A stretch of 64,000 bases of DNA from NCBI GenBank assembly GCA_030390025.1, contig CM059432.1, positions 101,868,001 to 101,932,000 of the forward strand. The letters are read 5' to 3'. A program made the position numbers and the translations under genes. Source of the DNA: Squalus acanthias. Its lineage: Eukaryota. Of the stretch, positions 1 through 12,660 are shown in pieces. Every line of letters starts with the position of its first letter. Position 1 is the stretch's first letter. The notes below the pieces were generated by a model. The model was given only the letters and a program-made list of their open reading frames with translations, was not told the DNA's origin and ran no database searches.

Positions 1-1087
1 CAGTTTGTAGTCATTCCGTCTTTGAAACCGATTTCACACCCCAGCCACCAGCTCCTCAAGGTCGTCCTACAAGGCCTTCTGCAGTGTCCCCCACTGAAAG
101 TCAGCAGCCTTCCACCAGCCATGCTGCAGTCACTGGGGTAACACTGCGTAAGAGCACTAGATTAGGCAAAGGCAGACGCAAGACAGTCACTAAGGGAATA
201 CACAAGGGTGAGTAGTTGATTTTTTGATGTAATATTGGATGCATATATGGATAAGGTTGGATTGAAAAGTTTGCTTTGTGGTGGCTTTTATTTCAGCATT
301 GTGGCCAAGAGGACACTGTGATAATCAATAACAGAGTGAAGGTAAGGTGTGGGACAAATATTGAAAGGAAAATTGGGGTTGTGGTCACTGGTACTGCAGG
401 TGGTTGATTCGACCCCGGATATCCTGGCCAGAAAGGGACTGTTTGGGTTGCCTTCCTACTTCCTCCTCTTCTGCTTCCACCTCCCTCTACAAGCAGCTTG
501 TCCCCTTTGCTGCCTCTGCTCCATCTCCATGTCATGCTGCAGCCCAAGGGGGACTGCAACTAGAGCCTCCAGGACTAGGAGCAAGTGGTGCTCTCAGAGC
601 CCTTCCTTTAAGAGCCAAAGCCTTGCAAATGTCCAGCAGCACTCCCTGCACTCCCTGCACACTTTAACAACTTTTTAAATGTCTTACACCAAACCATTGC
701 TCAAATAAAATGTAAAGAAACCAGTACAAAAGCAAAAATCTAAACTTATCTGAAAGTTGCGTGTGTCCCTTTAAGAAGCACTGGTAGGGGGTACATCGTA
801 CAGCTAAACACACGTTCTGCTGTGCGTGCTTTGGAGAGGGCTTTAAAAGGAGTGACGACATCCAAAATAGCAGGTCGTGCGTCAATTCAGCATTGTACGC
901 TGATTGACGTCACGATCTGACTAATTTCCATATCTGCAGCGAGCACAAGCAACGGCAGCGCTGCTGACCTGCCCAAAATGGCGGCCGCCGGGTTCCGCGC
1001 CAGAAGTGGGCAGAAGCAAGGTGGCTGCCATTTTTTCCACTGAAACCGGCCTTGTCAGCCGGTGCCAACAGGCCACATTTCACGGCC
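1..1087. mobile_element. Right part of an internally deleted PIF/Harbinger-like DNA transposon remnant
   Basis: Basic C-terminal-like tail on + (RKSTRLGKGRRK..., ~140-216) converges on minus-strand transposase-like N- and C-terminal remnants (~385-570). Ends in ATTTCACGGCC, similar to other GGCC-type TIRs in the window. Family assignment is inference. Confidence 0.4.
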
Positions 1088-1267
1088 GAAGTATTTCAGT
1101 GTCATCGAGATGTCACATTAACGAAAAATATCTAATTAAAAATGTGACAAGACCAGCATCACCAGATGTAGCATAGGCGTGAAGACAATTAACATTAAAA
1201 ATCCCATAGGGACTGCTGACATTAGATGTTTTAATGCAAAGATGACAAGATATATCAATTTTAGTAA

Positions 1268-1302
1268 TATATATATATATATATATAAATATATATATAT
1301 AT
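1268..1302. repeat. (TA)n microsatellite
   Basis: Directly visible TA run with one interruption. Confidence 0.95.
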
Positions 1303-2008
1303 GCACAAATATAAATATACATATGTTGTTAAAGGAAAATATATTTAATGTTTCATAAGCAAAACTGCTTTCCTGCACATCATTTATGGCATCACTTACG
1401 CTCTGCAACAGCAATCCTTGTACTATCAATAGGTTCAGGAAAGACCCAGCATGTGTCTTTACAGTGGGTACTTCACTTTTTGTTCCCTGATTTTATTATT
1501 GCTAAGAACTTGCCAAGCACTGACAGAACCATATGGAAAGAGTTTCCCTGAACTGTTCCTGTGGTCTCAGCTTTGAACTAGCATTCCGCTCGGCTTTCCT
1601 TGAGGAATGCACTCCCATCAATATTAGTCAGGCACCCTGAAATCACTACTTTCACTGTAACTTGCAAGAATAAGCACAATTGTCTCATCTTTACTTGACC
1701 CAAAGTTCACCCTTTTTCCAATTTGCTCTATTTTATTAAAAAAAAGATGAGGTACTTCTCTTCTTTTGAACTCTTAGTTTTTTTCTTGTGATACATTTTG
1801 ATTTGACAAGTTTTGTCTTTTTGTTCACTGCCCTGTGTCTGTGTTTTCATTTCAGTACTTTGGGTCCTTTTCATACTTTGTGTTTACAAGCACAGCATGA
1901 AAATTGATTCATTTTCCCACAGAATCAACTTGATTTCCTTTTGTTGGATTTTTACCCTCCTGTGTCTTTGTACAATCACAGAAGTAACACTTCTTGCCTG
2001 GAGATTTT

Positions 2009-2190
2009 GGGGTAGATTTTAACTTTTACCACTGGGAGGAAGCCTGGTGGTAGTGGGTCGGCTGCCTGTTATACACCCCGTCCAATTTTCTTTTCCATTG
2101 AAGTCAATAGAAAGGAAAATCAGGATGGTGTGTATAACAGGCCGTTAATCTGCTTCTGGCAGTTTTTCGCCTGGTGGTGAAAGTTCTATT
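2009..2190. mobile_element. Palindromic (hairpin) MITE
   Basis: Whole-length inverted symmetry: CTGTTATACACC / GGTGTGTATAACAG and TTTTCTTTTCCATTGA / TCAATAGAAAGGAAAA about a centre near 2102. Confidence 0.75.
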
Positions 2191-2777
2191 GGTTCAGTTT
2201 TGCATCCAAAGACGTCACTACATTCTTCAACTGTCTGTTCAGATCGAGATTAACCAAAATTCCCACCAGTTTAGTATTCTCATAAAAAAACTAACCTCTT
2301 TAGCTCTTGCCAGCATTACTGTGACTCTAGTCTTGACTATCCACTTTGCTGACTATCATTTCAAACTAAGTAGGGAGAAGGAGAACCTTGCTGGACAGCT
2401 CAATCCTCAAGCTGAATTTACTCCTTCAGAATGGTTTTGTTACCAAGACTTCTTTCTTTCAGCTGAGTCCCTAATCACACCCGTTGCTGCCAATACCCCA
2501 GTCGATGCCATATCACCTCAAGGTCCAGATTCTCAAACACTCTTCCTACCAGCCTCCACAAGTTACAACTCATCCAAAATGCTGTGGCCCACGTCCTTAC
2601 TCACGCTCCCCCCACAAGGTTCCACACTCCCATCCTTTCCAAGCTTCACTGGATCCCTGTGCTCCAAATAATCAACTTCAAGATCCCCATCCTGACTTTT
2701 AAATGTCTTCACTTTTTGAGGCTATGCTGGCTTAATGCTCTTCTCTAACCACCCACCCACTGTTCCTTTGACACCAG

Positions 2778-3521
2778 GGGGGCGATTTTGCCAGCCCTGG
2801 GGAGGGAAGCGGGTTTGGAGGCGGGACTGCCGGGAAAATGGCAGAATCTGGGGGCGGGTACCCATCCTGCCCCCAACCTGCCTCCGTGCCATCTTCCCAG
2901 GAGGTGGGTACCCGACCCGTGCCGGGTCCCGTCTCCTGGAGGCGGGAAGTGGATTACAGCCATTTAACTGCCTCTTAACTGGTAGTTAACAGGCCGTTAA
3001 GAAGATTATCCCCATTTTTCCAGCAGAGGTGCGGGCTTCCCGACGTCGGGAAACCCTGCCAGGGTCAGCGAGGCGAGCAGTGGGTCAGCAGGGATCAGAG
3101 GGGTCCAAAACTGCACTGTGGAGGTGAGTGATGGGTGCAAGTGTGAAGAGGTAAGTATGTGAGGTGAGTGAAATGTTCTCCGATGCAACAGCCATCTGCT
3201 TTCTGCTCACAAAATAGGTTTGGTGAGCCTTGAGTACAAGAACTCACCAAACAACAGAGAATGTCAGTGTTTGACAGCTTCTCAAAGCTGTCAAACAATG
3301 ACAATTCATCTGTCAAAAGTTTTTGACAGATGAAACGTCATACGCTGACGTTCTCTGTAACCGGCTTCTCCTTAATTGGCCTGCTAAGCCCGCTGGGCGG
3401 GCTTAACAAGGTCAATCAAGGAAAAATATCATGGCTTGGCCACAAGTCGATGGAGGCGGAACTAAAACCTGACAAGTAGCAGTCCCACCTCCAACACGCC
3501 CCCATTGGCAAAATCACCCCC
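2778..3521. mobile_element. Harbinger-type MITE with 3-bp TSD CAG
   Basis: TIR GGGGGCGATTTTGCCA...TGGCAAAATCACCCCC, subterminal GGAGGCGGGACTGC / GCAGTCCCACCTCC, flanked by CAG at 2775-2777 and 3522-3524. Confidence 0.8.
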
Positions 3522-4190
3522 CAGATTACTCTTTGTTCCCTACTCCCTCCATTCCATTATTATTGATCACACTTTCAGTCACTAAGCCTCTGCCCTCTGA
3601 AACTCTCTCCCCAGATTCTTCAGCCTTGCCTCATTTCACAAACCCTTTGATAAGGTTTGGCCTTGCATTTGGACTCCCCAATTCCGCCACTTTCATTTTT
3701 CCCTCCTGCCTGACATCATCTGTTTTCCTTCTCCTAGTAAAGCACTTTGAGCCTTCTTTCTGTATATGAGGTGAGCTATAGAAATGTAAGTTGCTGGTTT
3801 GCATCACTTGAATTTAACTTAAAAGTGATATTTGCCTAATATTCCACATATGTATAGAACTAATCCACTATTTTGGCATATTTTGTTGAGCATGACTAAT
3901 GTTTACATTTGATATAGAATGATTACAGTAGCAACATCATAGTACTAATTAATCATCATTGTTCCCATATTACACAGAATGCTGAAGATTTCTTGCAGAT
4001 TCTCCCCTCTCTGATACAAGAGTTTAGCTCTTTTCTACTTAGTGCAATAAGTTTAAATCCATACATGTGCACTTCCAATATTAAGAGAATATTGTATAAT
4101 TATATATGTATCCAACATAGGGAACTCACTCAGACATTTGTCATCTGTAAATTAGGAAAATACAAGATTTATTGACTTTTACCAAAAAAT

Positions 4191-4405
4191 TACATAGAAT
4201 CATAGAATAGTACAGCACAGAAAGAGGTCATTCAGTCCATCGAGTCTGCGCCGGCTCTTTCGAAGAGCAATCCAGTTAGTCCCACACCCCCGCTCTTTCC
4301 CCATATCCCTGTAATTTTTTGTCCTCCAAGTATTTATCTAATTCGCTTTTGAAGGCTACTATTAAATCTATATCCACCACCTCTTCAGGCAGTGCATTCC
4401 AAGTC
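4191..4405 (-). mobile_element. CR1 LINE 3' end fragment
   Basis: CATAGAATCATAGAAT is the (ATTCTATG)n CR1 tail on the minus strand; sequence resembles the 3' end of other CR1 copies here. Confidence 0.8.
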
Positions 4406-4491
4406 TATCTTCATTAACCAGTTGCTGACAGCAAGGCCTAGAAATTGGATGAAGTGTGGGAAAGTTACCTGAATCTATCATCAGAGACAGA

Positions 4492-5170
4492 GGGCTGGAT
4501 TTTCATTGACCCGTGGAGGTGGGTTTGGAGGCGTGTGGGGGGTTAAAATTGCGAAAACTGGCGGGCGGGCACAAGCCCGCCTCCATCCCGCCTCCACACA
4601 ATTTTCATTAAATCGTGTCTGCTGGTCCCGACTCCGTCCCGCCTCTAAGAGGCGGGATAGGCTGTTAAGGCCCTTAACAAGCACTAAATTGAAAAAAAAG
4701 AAAAAAAAAACAAGCACTAAATTGCCTCTATAATGCCATTTTGAAAGGCCTTTGTGATTTTAACCCTTTTTCTACGTGAAGCACGCCTGTTCTGAACCAC
4801 GAATGTGAAACCTTGGGGGAGCACATTTGGATAGCTGACTATCAGCTGCTGGCTGGATGGATGGATAGGAGACATATCTGGGAGTGGTGGTGCAAAAATA
4901 TCTGGGAGCAGACTTAGGGCTGCTGCTGCTCATTTTGCATCCAGGTCCTCTCACAGCAAAGGCCAGACAGTCTTTGCAGACCTTCAATGCAGCAGCAATG
5001 ATGACATCATCAGAGGCGACTTTCAGACTGAAAACACTAATTGGGTCATGGGTTCCCACATGCTGGAACTCAATTGCCCAATTAGGTGAAAATCGCATCA
5101 ATCTCCCACATCCAATTGCAGTCGGGTGGATAACACGACCCCAACCCGCCCCAGTATCAAAATCCAGCCC
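4492..5170. mobile_element. MITE (Harbinger-like TIR)
   Basis: GGGCTGGATTTT...AAAATCCAGCCC terminal inverted repeat. Confidence 0.7.
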
Positions 5171-5214
5171 ATTGTGACTGATAAACTGATACTTATCCAA
5201 GTGCTCAAAGAGAG

Positions 5215-5722
5215 TCAGCATGGATCTGTGGAGCGTAGGTCATGTCTGACAATCTAGTTGAATATTTTGAGGTGATCACTAACTAGCATGATGGATAAGG
5301 GAATGCCTATAAATGTTGTCTATATGGATTTCTAGAAGGCATTTGATAAGGCACCGCAAAAATGAGAGTGCTTGGAATTGGAAGTAACCTTGTGACATGG
5401 ATTGGTAATTGGTTGTAGGTAGGAGACAGAGAGTCGGGATAAAAGGTTCGTTCTTTGATTAGAGGTCATCCATTTTTATTCTGAGAAAGACAAATCCAAA
5501 TATTGTCTTAATGGTGAGAAACTAGGAGCTGTGGAGGAGCAAATTGACTTAGGTGTCCCTGTACACAAATTACTAAAACCTAGTGAATAGGTAAAAAAGT
5601 AATCAAAAAGGATAATGGAATGTTGGCCTTTATGTCAAGGGCATTGGAATTGAACAGTGAGAATGTTATGCTTCAGTTATACAGAGCCTTAGTCAGACCC
5701 CAGCTGGAGTACTATGTCAGTT
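5215..5722 (+). mobile_element. Decayed CR1 RT fragment
   Basis: Remnants of QHG..RSCLT, VYMDFxKAFDK and MLQLYRALVRPQLEY, with stops and deletions. Confidence 0.8.
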
Positions 5723-5964
5723 TGATTTGTTACTGGCGAGAACTGCAGGTGCCACTCATGGCCCCAGAGGCAGCTTTGTTATTCCTGGGAGGCACCAAGA
5801 TCGGTCATTTCGAACACGGTTGTTCGGAGAGTCTAGAGGGGAAGTAATATGGAGGGGCGGGAGCGCTGGCCGGCAGTGGTCTGCGGATTTAAGGTACTCC
5901 TCACAACTCCACAATAAGGCAAGTAAAAACAATTCAAACTTACCTATCTGGTGGTAGGCTCCAG

Positions 5965-7608
5965 TGTAGGGGGTGGTGTTTTTGTGTCAGCTTTACCTCT
6001 GACTTCTGAGCGGTTCAAATCGCTCCTACTCCCTTGGTTCTAGACCTTGGACTTATTTGGGGGTTGTGATACAAAAGGTGCAGCAGACAACTGAGTTTGA
6101 TGAAAGAACTTCAATCTTTATTAAAAGGTAAGACACAAATAACAACACTCTTATCACTTTAAAGGTGGGGAACACTTCGGTACAAGCGAGGGAAATGACA
6201 GTAGAACAATACTTCACCCCTCCCAACCCCACTTTACTAGCTAAGTTAGGTTTTGAAGTACCAGGGATAATGCTCACCAATCCTTTGACAGTTGGGCTAA
6301 ATCGCGGTTTTGGGGTTCGCTGTTTATGGCGGTTAGTGTCTGCCGTACCCCGTACGCGGTAGAGGACTTCACCTGGGTCTCTGGTCAGTCTTCGCGAGTC
6401 CGCTGATGCGGTAGATGTCGTTATGGATTTATCTGGTGAGTACCCAATTTCTTTGGTTCAGCAGTAGGGCTTAGAGTTTTTAGGGAAAATCTTACCCAGG
6501 GGTAAGTCAGGAGTAGTTTGTAGTGTGGAAACTTTGCGATTCTTCGGGTTTTCTTCCCTGGAGTTGGTCTTTGTTGGTCGCGGTGGCCTGCGATTACCCG
6601 GTCAGTTGGGGGTAATGCGCGGTTGTTGGTTTTGTGAGGCCTTTGGTTCCCGCAATGGCTTTAGGCCTTGGTTGGTGTGTCGGTCGACCTCGTGGAGCCG
6701 TTGGTGACTGGTTGCTCCGGGTGGCTGTGTTGGGGCCGTTGTTGGAGGTCCGTCGAGGTGGTGGCTTCGCGAGCTGGACTCCGGCGTGTCTGAGTGGTGA
6801 GCGATGCCGACTCGCTTCCAGCTCGGGCCGCCTTCTTCTTGGTCTCTCCTCTTCTTGCTAGCTCTTCTCTCTGCTTCTCCTCGTGTGTGCTTGGTGGGCC
6901 TTCAATTATACAGAATTGAAGTAGCCTTATCTACCCACCAAATCTGTTCAGTTCATTGTTTAGTTTTGGCGGGCTCGTAAATCGGTAATGATTTACTAGC
7001 ACATTAACTGGGTTTTAACAGGCCTTCAATCTGACCCATTGAGTATGGCCTTATCTACCCGCCAAATCTGTTCAGTTCATTGTCTGAATTTGGCGGGCCT
7101 GCTACCAGTAATTGCTCTGTAAGTGTCAAATGGGTTTTTGGGATGGTTTGCATCCTGTCGATCTTCTTGGCTGATTGCTGGTGATGGGTTTTGTGTTTTG
7201 GGTTCCTCGGCTGATTCTATAGCCTAGTCCTGGGTGCTCTGTATTATGCATGTTTCTTGATGGGCCTTGTAATCGGTTTGATGGGACCTATTGTTTTGAG
7301 TGGGGCTGTCTTCTCCTAGGGTCTATTGTCGAAATGTTAATGCGTGCTGGGGCTTTGAGTAAGATCATCACGATTCCCCAGACATTGCAATTAACTGCAA
7401 TAACCAAACTGCTTTTACAGAGGTCGTTCCCAACTTCCTTCACAGCCTTTTCTCCTTTTACAGGCCCAGACATGTTTTTAAAATGCCAAAACTTGGTTTT
7501 TGGTCTTAAATTCCTTGTTAGGCCCAAATGCATTTTTATCACTCTGAGGTAGTTCCAAAGTCCTTTTTCATTAGGTTTTGGGGATCTGCAAATTTTGGAA
7601 ACCTTACA
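5965..7608 (-). mobile_element. Solo LTR (1644 bp) with 4-bp TSD CCAG, inserted in an older MITE-like element (~5730-7870)
   Basis: TGTAGG...CCTTACA termini; CCAG at 5961-5964 and 7609-7612; AATAAA on minus near 6117-6122; two ~50-bp internal direct repeats (~6924-6974, ~7049-7099). Confidence 0.8.
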
Positions 7609-8332
7609 CCAGTGGTCTCTTTAAGGACTGATGATTTGGCTGCTAAGTGCCTGAAGAAACTGACTGCAGCACGCTACGGTCATGTACGATCTAATTTTGC
7701 AAAGGGGGCCTCAAACAGGCAGTAGGCTCACTATTTCTATAGGTTTCAGGGCACACCCTGGATGCCTATGGAGGAGCCTTTACCAACATGGCGGGCAGCA
7801 CACTTCTGGCGCGGAATGAGCGTGCGCACACCAACCACCATATTGAACGCTTAGGCTCCCGTTTTACACCTGTAATTTGTAAATCCACATGTCCATTCTT
7901 GACATAAATATAACCAGAAAATATCTAATTGAGTGTTCCAATAAAATTAGATGCTGCTTCTGACCCCTGCTTCTGATCTGAGTGGCTTACCTTCACACAA
8001 TGTTTTACATTTTACCTGCTCCTTTTATATATTTAAGCATTTGGCTTTCTCAGTATGATTGTTCTCCCTCGACCATGTTAACAGCTCCCATTCTGTTTGA
8101 AAGCCACAGGTGAAGATGTGACAGATACAATCTAGTTTTCACAGAAAAGAATTAAGCAGACCATGTTGGTCCTTCTCTATGGAACAATACCACTGGCATC
8201 CACCACTTGTCGCTGACAAGGTTATGGTGAGCTTGTTTAAATGGAGCCAGTCAAAAAATGCAGGAATTTCTAATGTAAAACAGGTTTTCTTTTCAGCTCT
8301 CAGATAAAGTTACAGCACACTTTTACAAACTA

Positions 8333-9520
8333 ATAGAGTCATAGAGTTATACAGCACAGAAAGAGGCCCTTCGGCCCATTGTGTCCGCGCCGGCCATCAA
8401 GCCCTGTCTATTCTAATCCCATTTTCCAGCACTTGGTCCATAGCCTTGTATGCTATGGCGTTTCAAGTGCACATCTAAATGCTTCTTGAATGTTGTGAGG
8501 GTTCCTGCCTCTACCACCCTTTCAGGCAGTGAGTTCCGGATTCCAATCACCCTCTGGGTGAAAAAGTTTTTCCTCAAATCCCCTCTAAACCTCCTGCCCC
8601 TTACCTTGAAACTATGCCCCCTGGTTATTGACCCCTCTACTAAGGGGAAAAGTTCCTTTCTATCTACCCTATCTATGCCCCTCATAATTTTGTACACCTC
8701 AATCAGGTCCCCCCCAGCCTTCACTGCTCTAAGGAAAACAACCCCAGCCTGTCCAGTCTCTCTTCATAGCTGAAACCCTCCATCCCAGGTAACATCCTGG
8801 TGAATCTCCTCTGCACCCTCTCCAATGCAATCGCACCCTTCCTATAGTGTGGCGACTAGAACTGCACACAGTATTCCAGCTGTGGCCTAACTAGCGTTTT
8901 GTACAGCTCCATCATAACAGCTCTTATATTCTATGCCTCGGCTAATGAAGGCAAGTATCCCATATGCCTTCTTAAGCACCTTATCTCCCTGCCCTGCTGT
9001 CTTCAGGGATCTATGTACATGCACACCAAGGTTCCTCTGATCCTCTGTCCTTCCTAGGGTCCTACCATTCATTGTGCATTCCCTTGCCTTGTTAGTTCTC
9101 CCAAAATGCATCACCTCACACTTTTCAGGGTTAAATTCCATTTGCCACTGTTTTGTTCATCTGACCAACCCGTCTATATCTTCCTGTAGCCTGAGGCTTC
9201 CCTCCTCGCTATTTACCACTCCACCAATTTTTGTGTCATCTGCGAACTTACTGGTTATACCTCCTACATTCATATCTAAATCATTAATGTACACTACAAA
9301 CAGCAAAGGACCCAGCACCGATCCCTGTGGTACACCACTGGACACAGGCTTCCAGTCACAAAAACAATCTTCGACCATCACTCTCTGCCTCCTGCCACTA
9401 AGCCAATTTTGGATCCAATGTGCCAAATTGCCCTGGATCCCATGGGCTCTTACCTTCTTGACCAGTCTCCCATGCGGGACTTTGTCAAAAGCCTTACTGA
9501 AGTCCATGTAGACTATATCA
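8333..9520 (-). mobile_element. 5'-truncated CR1 LINE (RT C-terminal half + 3' UTR)
   Basis: ORFs 9157-9588, 8887-9141 and 8413-8724 give DFSKAFDKVPH, GVPQGSVLGP, KFADD and GYGPSAGKWD; tail ATAGAGTCATAGAG. Confidence 0.95.
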
Positions 9521-9522
9521 AT

Positions 9523-10261
9523 GGGCTGGAATTTGCTGAAGCAGGGTATCTCGCAGCATGCCCAGTTAGTTAAGAATTTTTTCAGCACCCTTCAGCTCAA
9601 AGATATTTTTCCCTGTAAGTTGCTGGAAGTGCGAGCTGATAATGGTCAACAGGCCATCTGGGACCACGGTGAATGATGGGACCAACAGTGTATCTCCTTA
9701 ACCAATGAGATTTTAGGATTGAGAAATAAACAGAGGAAGGACTGAGAAGGAGGGTGAATTATACTGGGTGAATTCAATGTCAAATCACGTACGGAGAGAG
9801 AAATAGAGAGAGGGAAAGAAAGATTGGATTAAGAATTAGAGAAAAAGAGAGACGAAAAGGAAAAGCAAAATAAAGACATTTTAAAAATCTCGAACAAGTC
9901 ACAACCTGAAGGAATGAGACTCCACAATTTGAATTGTTCACTAAAAGGGCCAGAGAGTTTGATTGATAGTTATTAGCAATGATCTTATTGTTAAAAAAGG
10001 GTGCTTATGCTATTAATTACCAGACTTAATTTCTGTGGCAAGTTTAATGCACAATTAATGTGCATATACAGCAACTTCATGAAACTCATGGGGAGGTTAA
10101 GGATTATAAGCGAATGGCGGAGCGATGCAAATCAGCTAGCAACATGTGGCGATTCGCAATTCATGGGGTATTTCTTCCGCACAACAAGTTGCTGGCTATT
10201 TGCACATTAATAACGGTGCGCATTGTTCACGCGCCATTACTTTCTCAGTAAACTCCAGCAC
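9523..10261. mobile_element. MITE, same family as ~61095-61836 (opposite orientation) and the fragment ~30751-30950
   Basis: TIR GGGCTGGAATTTGCTGA...TCAGTAAACTCCAGCAC; internal similarity to the 61.1-61.8 kb copy seen by eye. Confidence 0.65.
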
Positions 10262-10297
10262 CAAATCTTAGATTAATAAATTTAACTAACTTTAGAC

Positions 10298-10500
10298 ATT
10301 TCCAGCAGCATCTATGGAGAGAGAAAGGTAAAATTAACGATTAAGGTCGATGACGTTTCATTAGACGATTCTGACAGAAGGTTGTCGAGCTAAAACATTA
10401 ACTCTGATTCTCTCTCCACAAGTGCTGCCTGACCTGCTGAGTGTTTCCACCATTTTCTGTTCTGATTTCAGATTTACAGAATCTGCAGTATTTTACTTTG
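10298..10500. repeat. Head-to-head (palindromic) remnant of Penelope-like terminal repeats with two decayed hammerhead cores
   Basis: Right arm matches 63449-63540 (AAACATTAACTCTG.TTCTCTCTCCAC...TGCTGCCTG.CCTGCTGA); left arm is its approximate reverse complement. Confidence 0.65.
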
Positions 10501-11941
10501 AGACATTTCCTTCCCTTCATCTCAATAAATTTCATTTAGTTAGTTCTTCGGAAAGATTTTAGGGCTAATTTTCTGACTTCAATCTCTCAGATCGGAAGCC
10601 TGTGCGAGGAGTGCATATCGGAAATGAATGTCTCCGAGTCTCTTCGCACATACCACATTGCCCAGCAGCTCCATTTAAAGAGGAAGAGTAGAAACAAAAA
10701 TTGCTGGAAGTACACAACAGGTAGGACAGCATCTGAAAGGGAAAAGGCAGGTTCATGATTTTTGCTTTCAGTTGCAGATTGATCTGTTGTGTATTTTAAA
10801 TATTAAAGGATAAGTAGTTCTTACAAGTCACAATTGACGCTTGATTGTTGCACCAGCAGAAGGTAATACACAGTGAATGTAACTTGGCATGGTCTACAAG
10901 TGCCATAGCTGAAATGAGGTAATAATATAAATAATAATGGTCTGTAGCCATACATCATCAATAACAGAACACTTTTAATGTAAAAGTTATTGATGTAAAG
11001 AACATAACAACTTAAATGTATATAGTGCTTGTCAATTGCAGGAGGAAGTCTCTCTGCACTTAAATTAACAAGGAAGAAACATAACAATTAATAAATGATG
11101 GCATGGGAGCAACAAGTAAATTTTTCAACAATCACTCTCCTACATCCAAACCCCCACTACCCCAGTTCCCAATGGCACCCTACCCCCTCCATACCCAGTT
11201 TATAGAGACATTACACTCCTTCCAAGTCCCCACCCTTTCACAGAGGCACTCTCTTCTCCAGTCCTCCCAGTTCATATGAGCATTCTCCTCCCCCTCCACC
11301 CTATTGAAGCTGGTACTCTTCATGTACTCTCCCTTGTTCAAGCTGATGCTTTCCCTCCTCTCATCCCCAGAGCTAATGTTGGCACTTTTTTCCTCATCCC
11401 CGTTCATGCGGGAATACCGCCTCTCACCCTCCCCACCACCCCTCAGCGAATATTAGCACTCTTCTTCCTTCCCCAACCAAAACATAGCTCCCAGACACAC
11501 CAGCTTTCCCCCCCAAAGCACCACTCCGATCTTATATCCATTCTCTCTCCCCTTCATGATCATCCAATGCCTCTTCCTCTCGGTTGCCTTCCATTTACCT
11601 TCACCGTCATTGCCAGCAATGATCTCCTTCCTTCTCCCCTTCATTGCCATCCACTCCCTCCTCTTTCAGTGCCAGTAATGTTGTTGCCAGGCACCAACAA
11701 GCCAGTACTGTATAAAAACTGTATAAACAAAAACCTGCCAAATCCCCACCACCAGCCTTTACCAGCACTGAGCCAGGACCCTTTCAACAAAAGCAGAACA
11801 GAGGTCAATTATGTGATTAGCAATTAGAGACCAATTGGAACAGTTACACTATCATGACGGCTGTTGAGTAGCACCCTATGATTCATTTCCCACGCCCTAC
11901 AGATCATTTCTTATATCCTACAGACATATGCTTAATACATA

Positions 11942-12107
11942 GGGGTGAGTTTCTGTTAGGCTTCTCCCGCTTGTTTGCTGTGGCTTCTGTGGAAGAGCAG
12001 CGCAAACCCTTGAAAAATGGAGCAAACAGTGTTTATGCCATTTTTACAGGGTTTCTGCAGAACTTCCACTGAAATTGCGGCAGACGAACGGAAGAAATTC
12101 ACCTCCA
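11942..12107. mobile_element. Palindromic MITE; relatives at ~24161-24240 (partial) and ~38834-39008
   Basis: GGGGTGAGTTTC...GAAATTCACCTCC termini; inner arms AAACCCTTGAAAAATGG / CCATTTTTACAGGGTTT. Confidence 0.7.
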
Positions 12108-12269
12108 TAACTTGTAATTCTGTGGGTGGATATTAAGATACTGCTTTTGCCATCACAAAACTTTCATAGAACAGAAACATACTGAGTGTTCTGACTTGAT
12201 TTTACCACTGACACTCCCCAAGAAGCAACATTGTGTCCTGTACAGTATTTTCTCATTTACACTTGGCTT

Positions 12270-12660
12270 GTACTCTCGAGTATAGAAGATTGAGGGGTGG
12301 TCTAACTGAGATCTTTAAAATGATAAAGGGATTCAATAGGGTAGATAGAGAGAAATCATTTCCTCTGGTGGATGAATCCAGAATAAGAGGGTGTAATCTT
12401 AAAATTAGAGCTAATCCATACAGGAGTGAAATCAGGAAGCACTTTTTCCACAGTGGAAATCTGGAACTCTCCCCAAAAAGGCTGTGGATGCTGGATTAAT
12501 TAAAAATTTTAAAGACTGAGATCAATAGATTTTTGTTGAGTAAGGGTATCAAGGGATATGGATCAAAGGTAGATAAATGAGGTTGAGGTACAGATCAACC
12601 ATAATCTAACTGAATGGTGGAACAGGCTTAAGGGACTGAATTGCCTACTCCTGTTGCTAG
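12270..12660 (+). mobile_element. CR1 3' fragment
   Basis: LEYRRLRGGLTEIFKMIKGFNRVD peptide followed by a CR1-type 3' UTR ending GCCTACTCCTGTT. Confidence 0.85.

Noticed and set aside
2174..2671. 165-aa ORF
   Set aside because: Starts inside a MITE, low-complexity S/P/T content, no domain or splice support.
6924..7099. Spaced palindromic direct repeats resembling a CRISPR array
   Set aside because: Only two units, inside a eukaryotic LTR, no cas genes.
11276..11827. 183-aa Pro/Leu-rich ORF
   Set aside because: Product of C/T-rich biased sequence; no motifs.
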